Shown: one piece after another, positions 15,144 through 17,460 of the stretch
Layout: each line of letters begins with the position of its first letter
Numbering within the stretch: position 1 is the stretch's first letter
NCBI GenBank assembly: GCA_964658025.1
Contig: CAZZXB010000050.1
Location: 2,430 to 19,889, forward strand
Length of the DNA stretch: 17,460 nucleotides
Direction of reading: 5' to 3'
Source of the DNA: an uncultured Janthinobacterium sp.
GTDB lineage: Bacteria; Vulcanimicrobiota; Vulcanimicrobiia; Vulcanimicrobiales; Vulcanimicrobiaceae
Position numbers and translations under genes: made by a program
The notes under the pieces: model-generated
What the model saw: only the letters and a program-made list of their open reading frames with translations
Database searches by the model: none
What the model was told of the DNA's origin: nothing

Positions 15144-15898
15144 TGGGCGCGCGCCGGCCGCTCATCGCCGGGAATTGGAAGATGAACGGAACGATCGCCG
15201 AGGCGCGCGCGCTCGCGCGCGACCTGCGCGCGATCGAGCTCCCCGAAGGCGTCGACGTCGTCGTCTGCCCGCCGTTCACCGCGCTCGCCGCGGTGGTCGA
15301 AGAGTTAGCGGGTTCGCCGATCGCGGTCGGCGCGCAGAACATGCACGCGGCCGATAACGGTCCGCATACGGGCGAGATCTCGTCGCTCATGCTTCGCGAA
15401 CTCGGGGTCGGTTACGTGATCGTCGGTCATTCGGAGCGACGCGCGTGCTACGCCGAGAACGACGACGCGGTGAACCTCAAAGTCCGCGCCGCGATCGAGG
15501 CGGGGATCGTTCCGATCGTCGCGGTCGGCGAGACGCGGGACGAACACGAAGACGGCCAGGCGATCGCGAAGGTGACGGGTCAGGCGCGCATCGCGTTCGC
15601 CTCCGTCCCGCCCGAAGACGTGGCGCGCTGCGTCCTCGCGTACGAGCCGATCTGGGCGATCGGCTCGGGTCTCTCCGATACGCCCGCGAACGCGGATCGC
15701 ACGATCGGCGAGATACGCGCCTCGGTCGTCGGACTCTCGGGAGCGCGCATGCTCTACGGCGGAAGCATGAAGCCCGAAAACGCGGCGGCGCTCATGGCCG
15801 AGAGCAACATCGACGGCGGGCTCGTCGGCGGCGCGAGCCTCGACGCCGCGTCGTTCGGCGCGATCGTGCGCTGCGCGCTCGCGCGTCAAGCGGCATGA
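15140..15898 (+). CDS. tpiA: Triosephosphate isomerase
   Basis: AGNWKMN, GAQN, TGEIS, GHSERR, AYEPIWAIG, LYGGS and DGGLVGGASL. ATGA overlap with pgk; a second ATG lies at 15143. Confidence 0.98.
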
Positions 15899-17454
15899 AT
15901 TCCAAGCGCGCGCGCAAGGGACCGCTCGTCCTCGCGATCCTCGACGGTTGGGGTCACCGCGACGAACCGCACGGCAACGCGATCGCGCGCGCCGATCTCC
16001 CGAACTGGACGCGGATCCTCGCGACCTATCCGCACGCGTTGCTCGACGCGAGCGGGCTCGACGTCGGCCTCCCGGCGGGCGTGATGGGCAATAGCGAGGT
16101 CGGCCACATCAACATCGGGAGCGGTCGCGTCGTGCCGCAGGGCGTCGTCGTGATCAACGAATCGCTCGCCGACGGCACGTTCGCGAAAAATCCCACGTTG
16201 CAAGGCGCGATCGCGCACGTGAAATCGAGCGGCGGTCGCCTGCACCTCATGGGTTTGCTTTCCGACGGCAGCGTCCACAGTTCGATCGACCACTGTTTCG
16301 CGCTCGTCGACGCGACCGCGCGCGAGGTGCCGCTCGCGATCCACGCGTTCGGCGACGGCCGCGACGTGCCGCCGCGTTCGATGCAGACCTACATCGACGC
16401 GCTCGAAGCGCGCCTCGCTGCGGCGGGGGCACCCGGCGCGATCGCGTCGCTCTCGGGGCGCTTCTACGCGATGGATCGCGACAAGCGCTGGGAACGCGTG
16501 CGGAAGGCGTACGACGCGATCGCGCGCGGCGAGGCCGACCATCGCGCCGCGACCGCGACCGAGGCGCTCGCCGCCGCATACGCGCGCGACGAGTCGGACG
16601 AGTTCGTCGTGCCGACGATCGTCGGCGACGCGCGCCCGGTCCGAAGCGGCGACGCCGTGATCTTCTTCAACTTCCGCCCCGATCGCGCGCGCGAGATGAC
16701 GCTCGCGTTCACGCGTGCCGAGTTCAAGGAATTCCCGGTCGTCGCATACGATCGGCTCGACTTCGCGACGATGACGAAGTACGAAGAGGACATGAGCAAC
16801 CCCGTGCTCTTCGGCCCGCGCCCGCAAGCGGAGACGATGGGCGAGATCGTCGCGCGCGCGGGCTTGAGTCAATTGCGTCTGGCCGAGACCGAAAAGTACG
16901 CGCACGTGACGTACTTCTTCAACGGCGGTCGCGAGACGGTGTTCGCGCGCGAGGATCGGATCTTGATCCCGTCGGATCGGAGCGTCGCGACCTACGATCT
17001 CGCGCCCGAGATGCGCGCGAGCGAGATCACCTCGGCCGCGACGGAAGACGTCGCCGATCGCCTGCACGATCTCATCGTGATGAATTATGCGAACGCCGAC
17101 ATGGTCGGGCACACGGGCGTGATGGACGCGACGATCTCGAGTCTCGAAACGCTCGACGTCGCGCTCGGACGGCTCGAGCACGCCGTGCTCGACGCCGACG
17201 GGATCCTCGCGATCACGGCCGATCACGGCAACGCCGAAGAAAAACTCGACAAAGACGGGAACGCCCTCACGGCGCACACGACGAATCCGGTGCCGTTCGT
17301 CATCGTCTCGCGCGAACCGCACATCGGTCCGCTCGCCAACGGTAAACTCGGCGACGTGGCGCCGACGCTCTTGCCGTTACTCGGTCTCGCGGCGCCGCCC
17401 GAGATGACGGGCGAGAACCTGCTCGCCGTGGCGACCGTCCCCGCGGGCCACTGA
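15895..17454 (+). CDS. gpmI: 2,3-bisphosphoglycerate-independent phosphoglycerate mutase
   Basis: ATG 15895 overlaps the tpiA stop. Motifs ILDGWG, MGNSEVGH, LSDGSVHS, DGRD, GRFYAMDRDKRW, NFRPDRAR, AETEKYAHVTYFFNGG, NADMVGHTG, ADHGNAE and HTTNPVP. The earlier start in the ORF track (15445) is spurious. Confidence 0.98.
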   Translation: MNSKRARKGPLVLAILDGWGHRDEPHGNAIARADLPNWTRILATYPHALLDASGLDVGLPAGVMGNSEVGHINIGSGRVVPQGVVVINESLADGTFAKNPTLQGAIAHVKSSGGRLHLMGLLSDGSVHSSIDHCFALVDATAREVPLAIHAFGDGRDVPPRSMQTYIDALEARLAAAGAPGAIASLSGRFYAMDRDKRWERVRKAYDAIARGEADHRAATATEALAAAYARDESDEFVVPTIVGDARPVRSGDAVIFFNFRPDRAREMTLAFTRAEFKEFPVVAYDRLDFATMTKYEEDMSNPVLFGPRPQAETMGEIVARAGLSQLRLAETEKYAHVTYFFNGGRETVFAREDRILIPSDRSVATYDLAPEMRASEITSAATEDVADRLHDLIVMNYANADMVGHTGVMDATISSLETLDVALGRLEHAVLDADGILAITADHGNAEEKLDKDGNALTAHTTNPVPFVIVSREPHIGPLANGKLGDVAPTLLPLLGLAAPPEMTGENLLAVATVPAGH

Positions 17455-17460
17455 GCGCCG

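Noticed and set aside
15445..15894. 150-aa N-terminal extension on gpmI suggested by the ORF track
   Set aside because: Off-frame overlap with tpiA; iPGM homology starts at ATG 15895.

Overview
GC-rich bacterial chromosomal window made up mostly of housekeeping genes. Gene style and order are compatible with a Terrabacteria lineage such as Eremiobacterota/Vulcanimicrobiota, but that is only an impression. From left to right: a pyrimidine-nucleoside/thymidine phosphorylase on the minus strand that runs off the left edge; a three-gene coupled unit made of a GT-C (GT87/MptA-like) membrane glycosyltransferase and two paralogous secreted Pro/Thr/Ser-rich proteins; mfd; a PrsA-like foldase lipoprotein followed by an intrinsic terminator; a YabN-type MazG coupled to a Kal-like hotdog enzyme; a convergent secreted DUF885 protein; an S4/RqcP(YabO)-like protein; and whiA-gap-pgk-tpiA-gpmI. 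The most striking feature is that whiA has no stop codon and reads in frame through a 44-codon spacer into GAPDH, which keeps its own RBS and ATG. This predicts a WhiA-GAPDH fusion protein plus free GAPDH. Other points of interest are the GT-C/PT-rich module, a probable non-canonical start for mfd, a terminator that overlaps the mazG initiation region, and an orphan kal. No rRNA, tRNA, CRISPR array or mobile element was recognised.
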